In this document: piece after piece, positions 26,489 through 39,455 of the stretch
Layout: every line of letters begins with the position of its first letter
How positions within the stretch are numbered: the first letter of the stretch is position 1
Assembly: GCA_964016885.1 (NCBI GenBank)
Contig: OZ024741.1
Span: 269,390,001-269,454,000 of the forward strand
From: Eledone cirrhosa
Taxonomy: Eukaryota
Direction of reading: 5' to 3'
DNA: 64,000 bases
The notes under the pieces: generated by a model
The model's database searches: none
Told to the model about the DNA's origin: nothing
What the model saw: only the letters and a program-made list of their open reading frames with translations
Program-made: the position numbers and the translations under genes

Positions 26489-27693
26489 CACTGGCCTATA
26501 TTACCCTTACCATAAAAACAATGAGAACCTAAATTATGTTAACTTTAAATCTAACCATCCTACTAATATCAAGAATGCTATAGTTAGTAATATTGGAAAA
26601 AGAATATCTAACCTATCTTCTAATAAAAACATCTTTGATGCTAACGCCAATTACTATAATAACGCGCTTTCTAAAGCCGGCTATCCTGATAAAATTAAAT
26701 ATAGTAAAGAAACAAATTCTAGAAGAAATTACAGTAGAATAATTAATCATGATCATTCCAATAACTTTAATAAAAGACCTAGATACAAAAACATAATCTG
26801 GTATAATGCTCCTTTCTCCATCTCTATTAATAACAACATTCCTAAATTATTCTTTAGTGCCTTAGATAAATGCTTCCCTCCCTCACATATCTATAGTAAA
26901 ATATTTAACAAACACACTATAACATTTTCCTATTCTACATCCTCCAACATTTCCAACATTATCTCTAAACACAACAATAAAATACTAAATACTAAATCTC
27001 TTCCTTCCAACACTGAATATCATAATAATAGTACTCCCGACGTCATTGTAAACCCTAGGCTAATTTCTACAAACCCAAATACAACGTCAAACACAACTTC
27101 GCTAAATGTTCTTAATCTCATTCTAAATCAAGAAACTATTATTCCTATCGCAAACAACTTCTCCAATCCAATTCCTTCTATAGATAACACTAGGTCACTC
27201 ATTAATAATCTCTCTAATCGCAATTGCAATTGCCCTATTAAAAATAAATGTCCTCTCAACAACCATTGTCTTGATAAAAACTTAATTTACGAATGTAAAG
27301 TTATAACTGACACCAATTCCTTCACCTATTTTGGCTCCACTTCCACCTCTTTTAAAGCTCGTCTTTATAACCATCATTCGTCTTTTAAATACAAACTTAA
27401 AAGAACCAACACGGCTCTCTCAGAACTCATATGGTCCTTGGAAGACAAAAATATTAAATATAGCATCTTTTGGAAGAAGGTTTCTTCTGCGTCTCTATAC
27501 TTGAACAGTTCTCTATCCAAAATTTGCAATCTCTGTCTAAATGAAAAATTTACCATTATTTCCAATTTAGATTCTATAATAAATAGACGCACTGACTTGT
27601 TTTCTATCTGCTTGCATAAATTCCATAAAACATTTCACAAAGTATACAGCTAATATTCAATTCTTTATCAATTTAGAATCTTTTTCTCAAAGG

Positions 27694-27766
<73 letters not shown>

Positions 27767-28794
27767 TTCTTTTAAAAATATACCCATCTTTCTACCTTAT
27801 TTCAAAGGTTATTATACATTCTATAATACTTGTTACTCATTCTACATCGCTCCTATTTATCACTTCCCTTTCTTCTCTTCTTCTTTTAATGTCTAACCCC
27901 TAATCTGTACCTTTTCTCACTCTTGCCTAACATAGAATCAATTATTACATAATACAATACATTCTTACTCTATATCACCTTGTAAAAATCCTTCGTAAAC
28001 GTATACATTTTTTGAACGTTAGATTATTCATCCTCAATTCATTATTCTTTTCTCCCTTTCATCTAACTCATTCATGCCTTCTCACAATATTTCCTTACTT
28101 AAATAACCTGTTGTTCCTTTTAATAATACATATCAACATTTTCTTAACATCGCACATAATATTAAACCCTTAAATATTATTCTCAATACATATTAACATT
28201 TTCTTTTTCATCGCACATATTATCAAACCCCTCAATATACAAACCTTAACTTTACATTATTTTTCTCTTCGTTAATTTTCAAATTCTTTTAATTTATACA
28301 CTATCTTCCAACGGTTTTCAACCTCTCTATGTAAAACAATATATCTTTCTCAGTTATAAAAGCTATCTCTCTCTCTCTATCACCCATCTCTCCTCCTATC
28401 TCATCCTTCCTCATTATACTCCTCCTTCTCCACTTTTTACTCTCAACTCCTCCTCTTTTTCATCCTTTCCAACCCCCACCCCTCTAAATAAAATATTTTT
28501 CCCAATATCACACATCAATCTAAAACAACTTCTCATATGTTGATTTAAAACTGAACTATCCACAAGTGTTTTTTAACCTTCATATCATGTCTTCCTGTTT
28601 TATCTGATGAAAACACAAATATTATTGCATGATGATATTTGTTTTTGAAATGCGCATAATAAAATACATGGAACTCTTTTAACCATCTTTTGTTCTTATA
28701 TATTATGTATACTCCCGTCCTACAAACTGTAGAGTGCTTCTTATCCGATATCTGCATTGCTTTATTGTACTACAATAAAACTCACCTCCTACAT

Positions 28795-28795
<1 letters not shown>
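26489..28795 (+). mobile_element. 5'-truncated Naiad family 2 element
   Basis: Frame 26490-27653 appears open by manual translation (TGLYYPYHK..SNHP..WYNAPF..CNCPIKNKCPLNNHC..YFGST..CNLC..CLHK), followed by a 3' UTR and hammerhead; ends at (TA)n. Confidence 0.88.
28598..28664 (+). ncRNA. Type I hammerhead ribozyme
   Basis: ttttat-CTGATGA-(~16-bp stem II, GCAT loop)-GAAA-tgcgca-TA-ataaaa; palindromic stem III ATGCGCAT. Confidence 0.85.
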
Positions 28796-28825
<30 letters not shown>

Positions 28826-29101
28826 TATATATATTATATATATATATATATAATATATATTTATATATATAAAAAAAAAACATGAGAAGAATGAATACTG
28901 CGTGGTTGCACATGTGTTACATATGGTAAAAATAGTCCTTCATCAGTGATTTTCAACCTTCATTGGTCATTCATCGGTTTAAAAATCATATACCTCCAGC
29001 TGGTGCGAGCAATAGCTAAATAAAGCTATTGGGACAAGTAAATCGTGTAAAGCGAGCGAGACAAGTAAACAAACATAGAAGGATAGCAACGCAAAGATAG
29101 G

Positions 29102-29172
<71 letters not shown>

Positions 29173-29409
29173 TCATCAAAATCGGTAGAGAAATGTGGAA
29201 ATGCATAACATTCATACACACACACAGATAGACATCTACCGTTTTATATATATAGAGATTATATATATATATTATATATATATATATAAATATATAAATA
29301 TTATATATATATTATATATATATATATTATATATATATATTATATATATATATATAATATATATATATTATATATATTATATATATATATATATATTATA
29401 TATATATAC

Positions 29410-29457
<48 letters not shown>

Positions 29458-29476
29458 ATTATATATATATATATAT

Positions 29477-29507
<31 letters not shown>

Positions 29508-29521
29508 ATATATATATATAT

Positions 29522-29555
<34 letters not shown>

Positions 29556-29575
29556 ATATATATTATATATATATA

Positions 29576-29695
29576 CGATCTGAGTTCAAATCCCGCCGAG
29601 GTTGACTTTACCTTTCATCCTTACGGGGTCGATAAAATAAAGTACCAGTAATGCACTGGGTAATTGCTGGCCTTGTGCCTAAAGTAAAAACAATT
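29576..29695 (+). mobile_element. SINE family A, 5'-truncated
   Basis: gagttcaaatcccgccgagg..ggggtcgataaaataaagtaccag. Confidence 0.8.
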
Positions 29696-29796
29696 ATATA
29701 TATATATATATTATATATATATATCATATATATACATTATATATATATATATATTATATATATATATATATTATATATATATACATTATATATATA

Positions 29797-29875
<79 letters not shown>

Positions 29876-30654
29876 ATAATATATATATTATATATATATA
29901 TTATATATATATATATATTATATATATATATTATATATATATATATTATATCTATATATATATATATATAACGAAGGAAATGTGGTAAGGAACCAGGTGG
30001 ACCATAACGCACCAAAGTACTCAATACTTAGGGTAGTAGAGTGGGTAATAGGAACGAGTCGGACCCCGACGGCTGAGCTCAAGCCGTTTCGACGGCTAAT
30101 TCTGGACTAAATGAAAATTTTTATCCTGGTATATGAATAGGCGAGCTTCTCAGGGGGTAATTCCATATATGGTAAAAGTGATTGTCACAAGGATTGGTCA
30201 AAAGTTTGTTGTTGAGACACATAATTCAAACATGGCAATTTGTGGAAGGAAGGGGTAGCTGAACCTGCCAGTAGAAGAAAGAGGGAGAGGGGCTGGAGCA
30301 AACCCAGTCGTGCGTTGATAGTGCCAACTACAGCAGGGCAGGAGGTCAAGCAAGTATACTAGGGAGGGGGAGGTGGGGAAGTCGAAACAATAAGTAAAAC
30401 AATATGGGGTAAATATATAGAAGAATACCGAGAATCTTAAAGAAACAATTAAATATTAAAAAAAAAAAAACAATTTCTGGTTACTATTCCCTAACGACAG
30501 CCATCAAGTCTCTCACTGGTTCTGCTAGACTATAGAAAAGTTTACTAGGTGGGACGGAATTATAATGAGACCCTTTTAAGAGGGTAGTCTTCAAATTTAT
30601 TATTATTACTATATATATATATTATATATATATATTATATATTTATATATATAT

Positions 30655-30832
30655 TGGCAGTATCGGTAGAGGGTCGGACGCCATGCTTTCCAGCATAGTT
30701 ACGTCCCTTTACTATCTGAGTTCAAATCCCGCCGAGGTTGACTTTGCCTTTCATCCTTACGGGGTCGATAAAATAAAGTACCAGTAATGCACTGGTTAAT
30801 TGCTGGCCTTGCGCCTAAAGTAGAAACAATTA
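30655..30832 (+). mobile_element. SINE family A
   Basis: Matches the other copies. Confidence 0.8.
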
Positions 30833-31090
30833 TATATATATTTATTAAAGTTTAAGCAAATTTATTAAAGCTTATCGAGCCCTCTTTGGATTTTAGTCTT
30901 CAAATTTATTATTATTACTATATTATACATATATATATATATTTTATATATATATTATATATATATTATATATATATATATTATATATATATATTATATA
31001 TATATTATATATTATATATATATTATATATATTATATATATATTATATATATTATATATATATATATTATATATATATTATATATATACA

Positions 31091-31151
<61 letters not shown>

Positions 31152-31844
31152 ATATTTTATATATATATATATATAAATTATATATATATTTATATATGAG
31201 AGATATACTTTAACTTTAATTATATCTCATAAAATAATACAACTGGTTTTTCCACATTATACATATTGTTAGCACCCCAAACACTCAAATTGGGTTTATA
31301 TTTCAATATAACCTAATGTTTGTTGAGTGAGATGGTTACCAGTCAGAGTTTAGCTTTAAACTATCTCTGTTATTGTATTAAATATATATTTATATATATA
31401 TATTATATATATATTTATATATATATATATATTATATATATATATATAAATTATATATATATTTATATATATATATCATATATATATTTATATATATATC
31501 ATAAATCATGTCTTTAGAATCATCAGATATCATTAGATCATGATTTATGATATATTGCTCTGATTTTTCAATTTACTAATTCTTCATAGAGCTTAAAAGT
31601 GACCAGTTGCAACATGTATATATCTATAACTTTATGTATATGTTAACCTTTATATTTATATATATATATATATTATATATATATTTATATATATATATAT
31701 TATATATATATATACATTATATATATATTTATATATATATTATATATGATAACAGGTATCGTTTAAGGTAATCCAGCTAAAGGGTATGAGTACTCTGTGT
31801 CGAGGATAGTATTTTACAGCCGACTATGTTATTCTTCATTCTTT

Positions 31845-31910
<66 letters not shown>

Positions 31911-31916
<6 letters not shown>

Positions 31917-32472
31917 GTAATCTGAGTTTTTCGAATATTAATAATAATATTCGATTCGTTTGCAATTATACAAACAACCCTCAATTTTATAGCCATGTCA
32001 GTAGAATGAACACTTCATTCTTGCTCTTGTGTTGGCATGCGAACAGAACTGCAGACACTAATGTTTCTGGGTATCACCTTTCATCAGTACAGCTCACTGT
32101 TCACCTGCCAAACTGTCAGAGCTAGTGAAAATATATGCTATTTTCAAAAATACACAGCGACTGATCGGCCTGATTTGCATATTAACAGACTGGCTGACCA
32201 GTCAGATCTGCATATTAGCAGACTGATCAGCCAGATTTGCATATCAGCAGACTGGCCAGTCAGTTTCCTGTATACGAGCGATAAATGGCCGGCTTTGCCG
32301 AATTCAAATAAAAAGAAGAAAATGTCGCTCTACATGGCTGAATACAATAAATGTAATCTGAGTTTTTCGAATATTAATAATAACATTCGATTCGTTTGCA
32401 ATTATGCAAACAAGCCTCAATTTTATAGCCATGTCAGTAGAATGAACACTTCATTCTTGCTCTTGTGTTGGC
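31911..32472 (+). repeat. Unclassified dispersed repeat with short internal tandem units and a ~125-bp direct duplication
   Basis: 31911-32035 is repeated at 32348-32472; an inverted homologue lies at ~60680-61075. Confidence 0.75.
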
Positions 32473-32635
32473 AGAATAAATCCTTTTATAATTGTAATAA
32501 CCGGTAATTAGATGTTTCCGGTTTCATTCGGTATAACGATCTTGTCAAATATTATTTATTAAATATTTTTTTAATGTTTTTTTTTTATGTATTCTGTGAG
32601 CAGTTAGAACATATGTGAATTTCCTGTGAAAATGT

Positions 32636-32751
<116 letters not shown>

Positions 32752-33381
32752 TGTGTGTGTGTGTGTTCTTTATGAAGGTGTGGAGGTGACGATGGAAGTA
32801 GGATTCAACAGGTCTGGATTTGATTGAATTCCCTTGGTTAAACATAAGAAATGCTCTTACCATTCATAATAATGGGCCAGAGAGCATTTTTGAAGTGTGT
32901 GTGATTTGTGTGGGTATCAAGGTGGGGTTCAATTTTGTCGAAACGTCAGTCTTTGGGTTTGTGGAAGAAGCTGAAAGAGGTTTTAGAATGGATTTAGAGT
33001 TTTTCTTTTGTCTTGTGGTATGTGTGTGTGAGAGAGCTGGATTGCAGAAGGCCTTCACAGAAGAGAGCCCCCTCAAGCAAATGTTTCGTTCCTTAAATTC
33101 TTGCAATTAAAAGGGGTCGAGCCGCATCCCAGTCATGACTCCTGGGTGCCCTTCTGATGGCATATATCCATTTGGATATCAGGGAATTGTTGTGTATTTA
33201 AATCGTATGGAGGTTTTGTTGACAAGGTTTTATTGGAATTCCTCTTCGTTGATTCTGCTTTCAAATATAAATATAAACGCTTTCTTGTGTTTGGGAAAAT
33301 AACGTTGGTAGTTATATATTGGCAGTAGCACTAAGACAGTGTCAAAGCATAAAAGGGGTGGGTATGAAAGCATATGTACTA

Positions 33382-33533
33382 CAGGTCAAATTCCGTTATA
33401 ACGAATACTCTTATAACGAATTTTTCAGTGTAACGAAATTTATTTCAATCCCCGAGGTAATATCAAACACACGCTTGATTCGTTTCGATATTTTTTAATA
33501 CCGCATGAATTTCGTTATAACGGAATTACACTG
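33382..33533. mobile_element. pogo/Tigger-like MITE
   Basis: TIRs caggtcaaattccgttataacgaa / ttcgttataacggaattacactg, flanked by TA. Confidence 0.75.
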
Positions 33534-33726
33534 TATATGTTTATACAAATTAAACAAATGGTAACCTCCCTCTATTAAAGAAAAATATATTTTATTGTAA
33601 CGGAAAAATTATTTTCTCTATTTTTCTCTGTGAACACATCTCAGAGTGTCAGTGGCGGTGGAGGATTCGAGACAGTCTTTCATTAAAACATATTCTTAAT
33701 GTTCTTTCATATACACCACTAATATA

Positions 33727-34988
33727 TTAGGTTGTTCCGAAAATAATGGCCGCTCTAAGTGTTGTGTTTTGAAACGCAATTTTATCATAGTATTTTATTA
33801 TATTTTAGGTGAATTTCGACATACTTAATAATTGATGTATGCTCTTTAATAATTTTCTACTTATTTCAGACAGAAGCATAGGCGCCCTTAATTATGAACA
33901 TGACAAAAAACGACCTTCGCTTACTTTTCTTGCATGAGTTCAAGCTTGGGCACAATGCCTCCCAAACAGCTGCCAATATCAACAGAGCATGGGGAGAGGG
34001 GTCCACAACTGATCACACAGTACGAAGGTGGTTTCAGAAATTCCGTAGTGGTGATGAGAGCCTTAAAGATAAAGAAGGTAGAGGATGGTTATGCAGTCTT
34101 GATAATGAACAATTGAAAGTAATTGTTGTACAAAACCCACGTCAAAGTGTCAGAGAAATGTTTCAGGCACTTGGTGTCGGTATTGCAACGGTCTCACGCC
34201 ATCTGCAGAAGATTGGTAAGGTGAAAAAGCTCGATAAATGTGTATTGCATGAGCTCAATGAAAGTTCAGCGTTTTGAAGTGTGCTCGATGCTCTTTCTGC
34301 GAAACACCAATGATCCTTTTCTTAACCGAATAGTCACTTGTGACAAAAAGTGGATCCTTTATGATAACCGTAAACGATCAGGTCAATGGTTTGATCATGA
34401 TGAGTCCCCCAAACATTTCCCAAACCAAAGTGGCATCAGCAAAAGATTATGGTGATTGTCCAGTTGTCTGCAATTGGTGTTGTCCATTACGGCTTTCTGG
34501 AAGCCAATCAGAGCATTACAGCAGAGGTTTTCTGCAATCAACTCGCTGAAATGCAAGCTCACTTGCAAAAAATGAGACTTGCATTGGGGAATCGACGTGG
34601 GCCAATTCTGCTCCACCATAATGCAAAGCCACATGTTGCAAGAATGACGATGTAGAAACTCACAGATTTGGGATACGAGACTTTACCACATCCTCCATAT
34701 TCTCCTGATCTTTCACCAACTGACTACCATTTTTTAAAACATTTAAACACGTTTTTAAGTGATAAAACATTCAGGTCCAAACCAGAGGTGGAATCAGCTT
34801 TCAAAGATTTCTTAGCATCAAAGCCAATAAGTTTTTATCTACGAGGCATAAATAATCTCGTTGATCGATGGCAGAGATGCATAGATGTTCACGGCTCATA
34901 CTTTGACTAATCAAAACATTTCTGTTGTTAATTTTTCCAGAATAAAATTATGTTTCTGAAATCGGCCATTATTTTTGGAACAACCTAA
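33727..34988 (+). mobile_element. Full-length mariner transposon (cecropia/Hsmar1-like), inactive
   Basis: TIRs ttaggttgttccgaaaataatggccg / cggccattatttttggaacaacctaa with TA TSD; 1,262 bp. Confidence 0.95.
33894..34910 (+). pseudogene. mariner DD34D transposase, frameshifted
   Basis: HEFKLGH.., IVTCDKKW, HHNAKPH (catalytic D lost), HPPYSPDLSPTDYH, split over four ORFs. Confidence 0.92.
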
Positions 34989-35031
34989 TACATATAAATA
35001 ACGACATACGGCCATGCATACATGTATATGT

Positions 35032-35074
<43 letters not shown>

Positions 35075-35077
35075 ACA

Positions 35078-35495
35078 TAGGTAGTAACATATGCTTATGC
35101 CGTATTTCACTAAATAGAATTAGTCTGTTAGTTGGGATTCAAAAAAACCCCTCTGAATGGAAAAAAAGGATGAGTATTGACGTACATGGGACACGAACCT
35201 ACATCCTTGGTTTCCCGGACCAATGTATTACCATTGCTCCGACACGCCACCCATGCTTCCTTCCATTCAATTAGGAGCTATACAACCATAGCAGGTATAT
35301 ATATGTATATAAATAGGGAGACACAAAGCAGGCTTCGTTCACTAGCGGCTAGCGAATTTGATAGTTAGAGCGTTTGTTAAAATACCAACTAACAGACTAA
35401 TTCTATTGGGTCAAATACGGCGTAAGCATATGTTACTACCTTATTTTCAAATTCGCTAGACAGTTGTAAACAAAGCCTGCCTTGTGTCTCCTTAT
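35078..35495. repeat. Interleaved inverted repeats enclosing a tRNA-like SINE head
   Basis: 35078-35140 pairs with 35382-35441, and 35313-35360 with 35447-35495; tRNA-like A/B boxes on the minus strand at ~35187-35250. Confidence 0.65.
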
Positions 35496-35790
35496 ATATA
35501 TATATATATGGTGTTAGGAATGGTGCTCTGAAATAGCGATGTATACATGAATGTATGTATAGTATATTTGGCAATATACCGTATGCTTAATTAAAAACAT
35601 TTAAAAGACCTTACGCTATCAATTTTAAAGTAGTGACTATGTCACTTACTTCTTTTCGGCGAAAGAAGGGAGAGAAGCTAACAGTCTGTTTCACGCTGGT
35701 TGGCGTTCATCAGAGCCACGCACTCCCCTACTTCCGCCGAAAATTATAGAAGCTGGATTCTTATAGAATTCCAGCAATAATCAGGAGCTG

Positions 35791-35926
<136 letters not shown>

Positions 35927-35939
35927 TATATAAAAGTCT

Positions 35940-36110
35940 AAAGTCTGTCTCAAGCAGGAGACTCATCAGGCCAGTGCTTATCCTGGTTTCCATGGCGTTA
36001 AGCGACTGAGAGTACAATACTCTCCCTTGGACATGATGTCAGTCCATCGCAGGGTTAAACTCCCAGCTATTGCTGGTAGTCATTTTCAGTTGAGTATACT
36101 GGAGCAACAT
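35940..36110 (-). mobile_element. SINE 3' portion
   Basis: gcttatcctggtttccatggcgttaagcgact..agtccatcgcagggtta resembles invertebrate SINE tails; assignment is from memory. Confidence 0.5.
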
Positions 36111-36179
36111 ATACATACGTATGTATGTTTGTTTGCATATGTATGTATGTTTGTATGTATGTGTGTGTATGTGTTTGTG

Positions 36180-36218
<39 letters not shown>

Positions 36219-36728
36219 GTGTGAGTGTGTGAGTGCGAGTGCGTGTTTGTGTGCTTGTTTGTGTGTGTATGTAAGCGCGCGTGATTGTGTGTGAATGTGT
36301 GAGAGAGTTTACGTCTGGATGTAAAGTAAATAATATTTTTCCTTCGTAAAATTTCGGTGCCTGAAGAGTGTGAAATAAATCAAAGAAAACCATTGAGTAT
36401 TTCCCTGCGAACCTATTTCTATATATTACATACGTGATTCCCAATGGTTTTTCTGGTCCCCTGCCAACCATTACTGTTTCTGAAGAAAAGAACTTTTTAA
36501 TTCCTTACCACTATTGAATTGGCACTTCTCGGTTAACTGTTCAAATATTTCATAATAATATTTCAGTATATTTATCAAATGTAAACTTGTATACATTTTT
36601 ACTCACCACTCACATTCTCTCTAACTATCTTCTCTCTCTCTTTATCTTTCTCTCTCTCCTCTCTCTCTCCCGTTTTCTGTTTCTCTAGATATATATATAG
36701 AGAGAGAAAGAACGATAAAACTATTTGT

Positions 36729-36775
<47 letters not shown>

Positions 36776-37120
36776 CTGAGTAAAATGACAGGAGGCCCGA
36801 CTGGTGAAATTCCTTCAAAGATTTGTTATAGCAAATACTATGTACATTTCAGTGACCAAGTTCCGTGGGAACCTGGTGACATCATCAGATGTTTATTGTA
36901 TAAAAGTTATATAATAATGGAATAATGGTAAACACAATCCAAGAGGCTAAAAAGACAGAGAAAAATGTTTTCGACTCGAAGGCGGTCAGTGCCATTTGTT
37001 GTCAGTTTGGCTGACCACCTTCGAGTGGGGATTCTCATCAATTTCGTCTTGCCGGTTTCGTTAGGGGGCTGTATGCTTAGTATGCATACTACTCCTACCC
37101 TGCCGGTTGGGTTAGGGGTT

Positions 37121-37204
<84 letters not shown>

Positions 37205-37213
<9 letters not shown>

Positions 37214-38178
37214 CCACTCTTACAGGCCCTAATGGGTCTTTCCGTATCCGCCATTCTTTCACCTGCACATCCATGCACGTTGTCTATGCCCTCCGGTGTT
37301 CCATTTGCCGGTCTTTATACATCGGACAAACGGGACGCCGTATGGCGGACCGTTTTGCTGAGCATTTGAGGGACATACAACTCGGTTTGGATACTCCTGT
37401 CGCCCGCCATTTCTGTTCTTCTGGTCATTCTTCCCTACATGTTTCAGTCCTGCGTGTCCTTTTTACATCATGGATCACAGGCCTCGCGCACGAGGACTGA
37501 ACAAAGTCTGATCACCACCCTGGGTCCTATTCCCCTCTTGGACTCAACTCACCTCCCCAATTCTTTAATACCCCGTCCATTGTACATTCACTCCTAGATT
37601 CCTATCGCTCTCTCTTAATCATTAACATCGTCTCTTCCAATTAATACAGACCGACTAAATATGTTCACTTCACTTTACCCTTCACTGCTCTGTATATACA
37701 CACCCTTATATTAACATACTTTTGCTCATAGCTTCGTACTTACATCCACACACACTCTTTTACTTACATATAAACACACATTTCTTTTTAGCTTCGTGGA
37801 CGTACAATAACACACACACACACATGCTTACGCACGAGCACAAGTATAGTTCTTTTTACAAAACGGTTTTTTTCCATTTCAGTTAGACGCGCTCCATCAT
37901 CAACTTTTCTAAAAAATATATCATACACAAAACGCCAGCATCAACAGTTTTGCAAAAGATGTCAACATGAATGGACCTGTTATTTTTATCTAAAAACACT
38001 TTTTCCAATTCCAACCCGCTCGTCCCTTTAATCTATCTTATTTCTCATTCTTTCTTCTGATGAAGGACTAGCGTCCGAAACGTTAAGACCCTCTTCCTGC
38101 TACATCAAGCGCTAACCTAATATATCCCTTCCATATACTGTACCGATTGTGTTGTTATTTCTGTTTTCCTTTTACATA
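37205..38178 (+). mobile_element. 5'-truncated Neptune-type PLE (GIY-YIG remnant, 3' UTR, hammerhead, terminus)
   Basis: [36 protein letters not shown]; the terminus is shared with 17155-17200(-) and 19940-20005(-); flanked by (TA)n. Confidence 0.85.
38053..38088 (+). ncRNA. Minimal type I hammerhead ribozyme
   Basis: tctt-CTGATGA-a-ggac-tagc-gtcc-GAAA-cg-TT-aaga. Confidence 0.85.
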
Positions 38179-38280
38179 CATATATATATATCCAGGGAGT
38201 GTAACTGTAGGTTCACCCGGATGAGCACTTCACGATTAGGTTCACTTCTGTGTCGAGGTGTAGAGCTAGACAGAGTGTAT

Positions 38281-38472
38281 TATAGTAAAATAAAATAAAA
38301 CAAGGACGATCGGTTACTCCTTCATTACGTGTATTGGTTGGTGAAGCGCGTTTCGCCACTGATCAGCTCAGATACAGATCGAACTTTGAGCTGATCAGTG
38401 GCAAAACGCGCGTCACCAACCAATAAACTTAACGAAGGAGTAACCAATCGTCCTTGTTTTATTTAATTTTAC

Positions 38473-38476
<4 letters not shown>
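38281..38476. repeat. Fold-back pLTR element (~90-bp arms, 16-bp spacer)
   Basis: Arms carry the hammerhead 3' part tgagc..gcGAAACGCGCGTC; single-arm homologue at 59912-59998. Confidence 0.85.
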
Positions 38477-38520
<44 letters not shown>

Positions 38521-38552
38521 AGAATATTTTCGAAACAGCAAGTGGATTTGAA

Positions 38553-38731
38553 ATTATTAGAAATGTTAGCTATCGTCGTATTTTGACTAAAGAAATTAAA
38601 GAAATTAGATGAGTATTGACGTACGTCAATACTCATCTTTTTCCATTTCTCCGAGGGTTCTTAACCCCACTATCAGGCTAAATAATTTCTTTAATTTCTT
38701 TAGTCAAAATACGGCGATAGCTAACATTTCT

Positions 38732-38737
<6 letters not shown>
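38553..38737. repeat. Fold-back element with a nested 32-bp perfect palindrome
   Basis: ~55-bp outer arms; agatgagtattgacgtacgtcaatactcatct at 38607-38638. Confidence 0.8.
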
Positions 38738-38782
<45 letters not shown>

Positions 38783-38783
<1 letters not shown>

Positions 38784-39191
38784 GAGGGTAATCACAAAAG
38801 TAAGGTCTCCAAAGCGATGGGGACGCAGAGAAACTTTTCGTACGGCTGTTAGCAATACTGTTGCGATTGGTGCTTCCTTCACTCTCAAACAAGCATGCGC
38901 GCGCTTCGCTGGGATGCTTAATCTTGGCTTGGCAGCCGTTTAGAATGGAGCTCCAGAGGAACGCTACCGCCAAGTGTGAATTTCGCGCAGTTATTATATA
39001 CGAGGGCAATCCCAAAAGTAAGGACTCCTTCCGAGGAAAACATGCGTAAAGATCGGCGGAGCACTCTGGATGCTCTCTGCATTTTGGTTCCTGAGCTTGG
39101 CCGAAGCACCATCCACAGGATTTTAACGGAAAAGTTGCAATATCGGAAGTTGCAATATCAGAAGGAGACCTTAATTTTGGGATTGCCCTCG
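38783..39191 (+). mobile_element. mariner (irritans-like TIR) deletion derivative with a third internal TIR
   Basis: cgagggtaatcacaaaagtaaggtctcc / ggagaccttaattttgggattgccctcg; extra TIR at ~39001; HTH remnant TIHRILTEKLQYRK. Confidence 0.75.
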
Positions 39192-39336
39192 TGTGTATAT
39201 ATATATATTTATTAGTTAAGCAAAACAAGACCACAAATTTCACAAGGAAAACATTATTAAAAGATTGTCAACATCTTTTAGTTTGATGTAAGGAATGTAG
39301 AGAATAATAATAACAATATTAATAATAATAATGTCC

Positions 39337-39455
39337 GTTTACAATTGTTTCGCTACTCCATATAATATTTCTGAATCAAATGACTATATATCATTATTGA
39401 TCTGGTTCAGTTGAAAATAATTAACATAATTAAAGATAGAGCGGCTCATCGGAAC
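39337..39455 (-). ncRNA. Hammerhead-like motif with a CCGAUGA core and 94-nt stem II region
   Basis: gtt-CCGATGA-gccgctc..gagtagc-GAAA-caattg-TA-aac; partial homologue at 43596-43705(+). Confidence 0.65.

Noticed and set aside
28925-28980. Hammerhead on the minus strand (CTGATGAAGGAC)
   Set aside because: No closing stem II or GAAA downstream; only a remnant.
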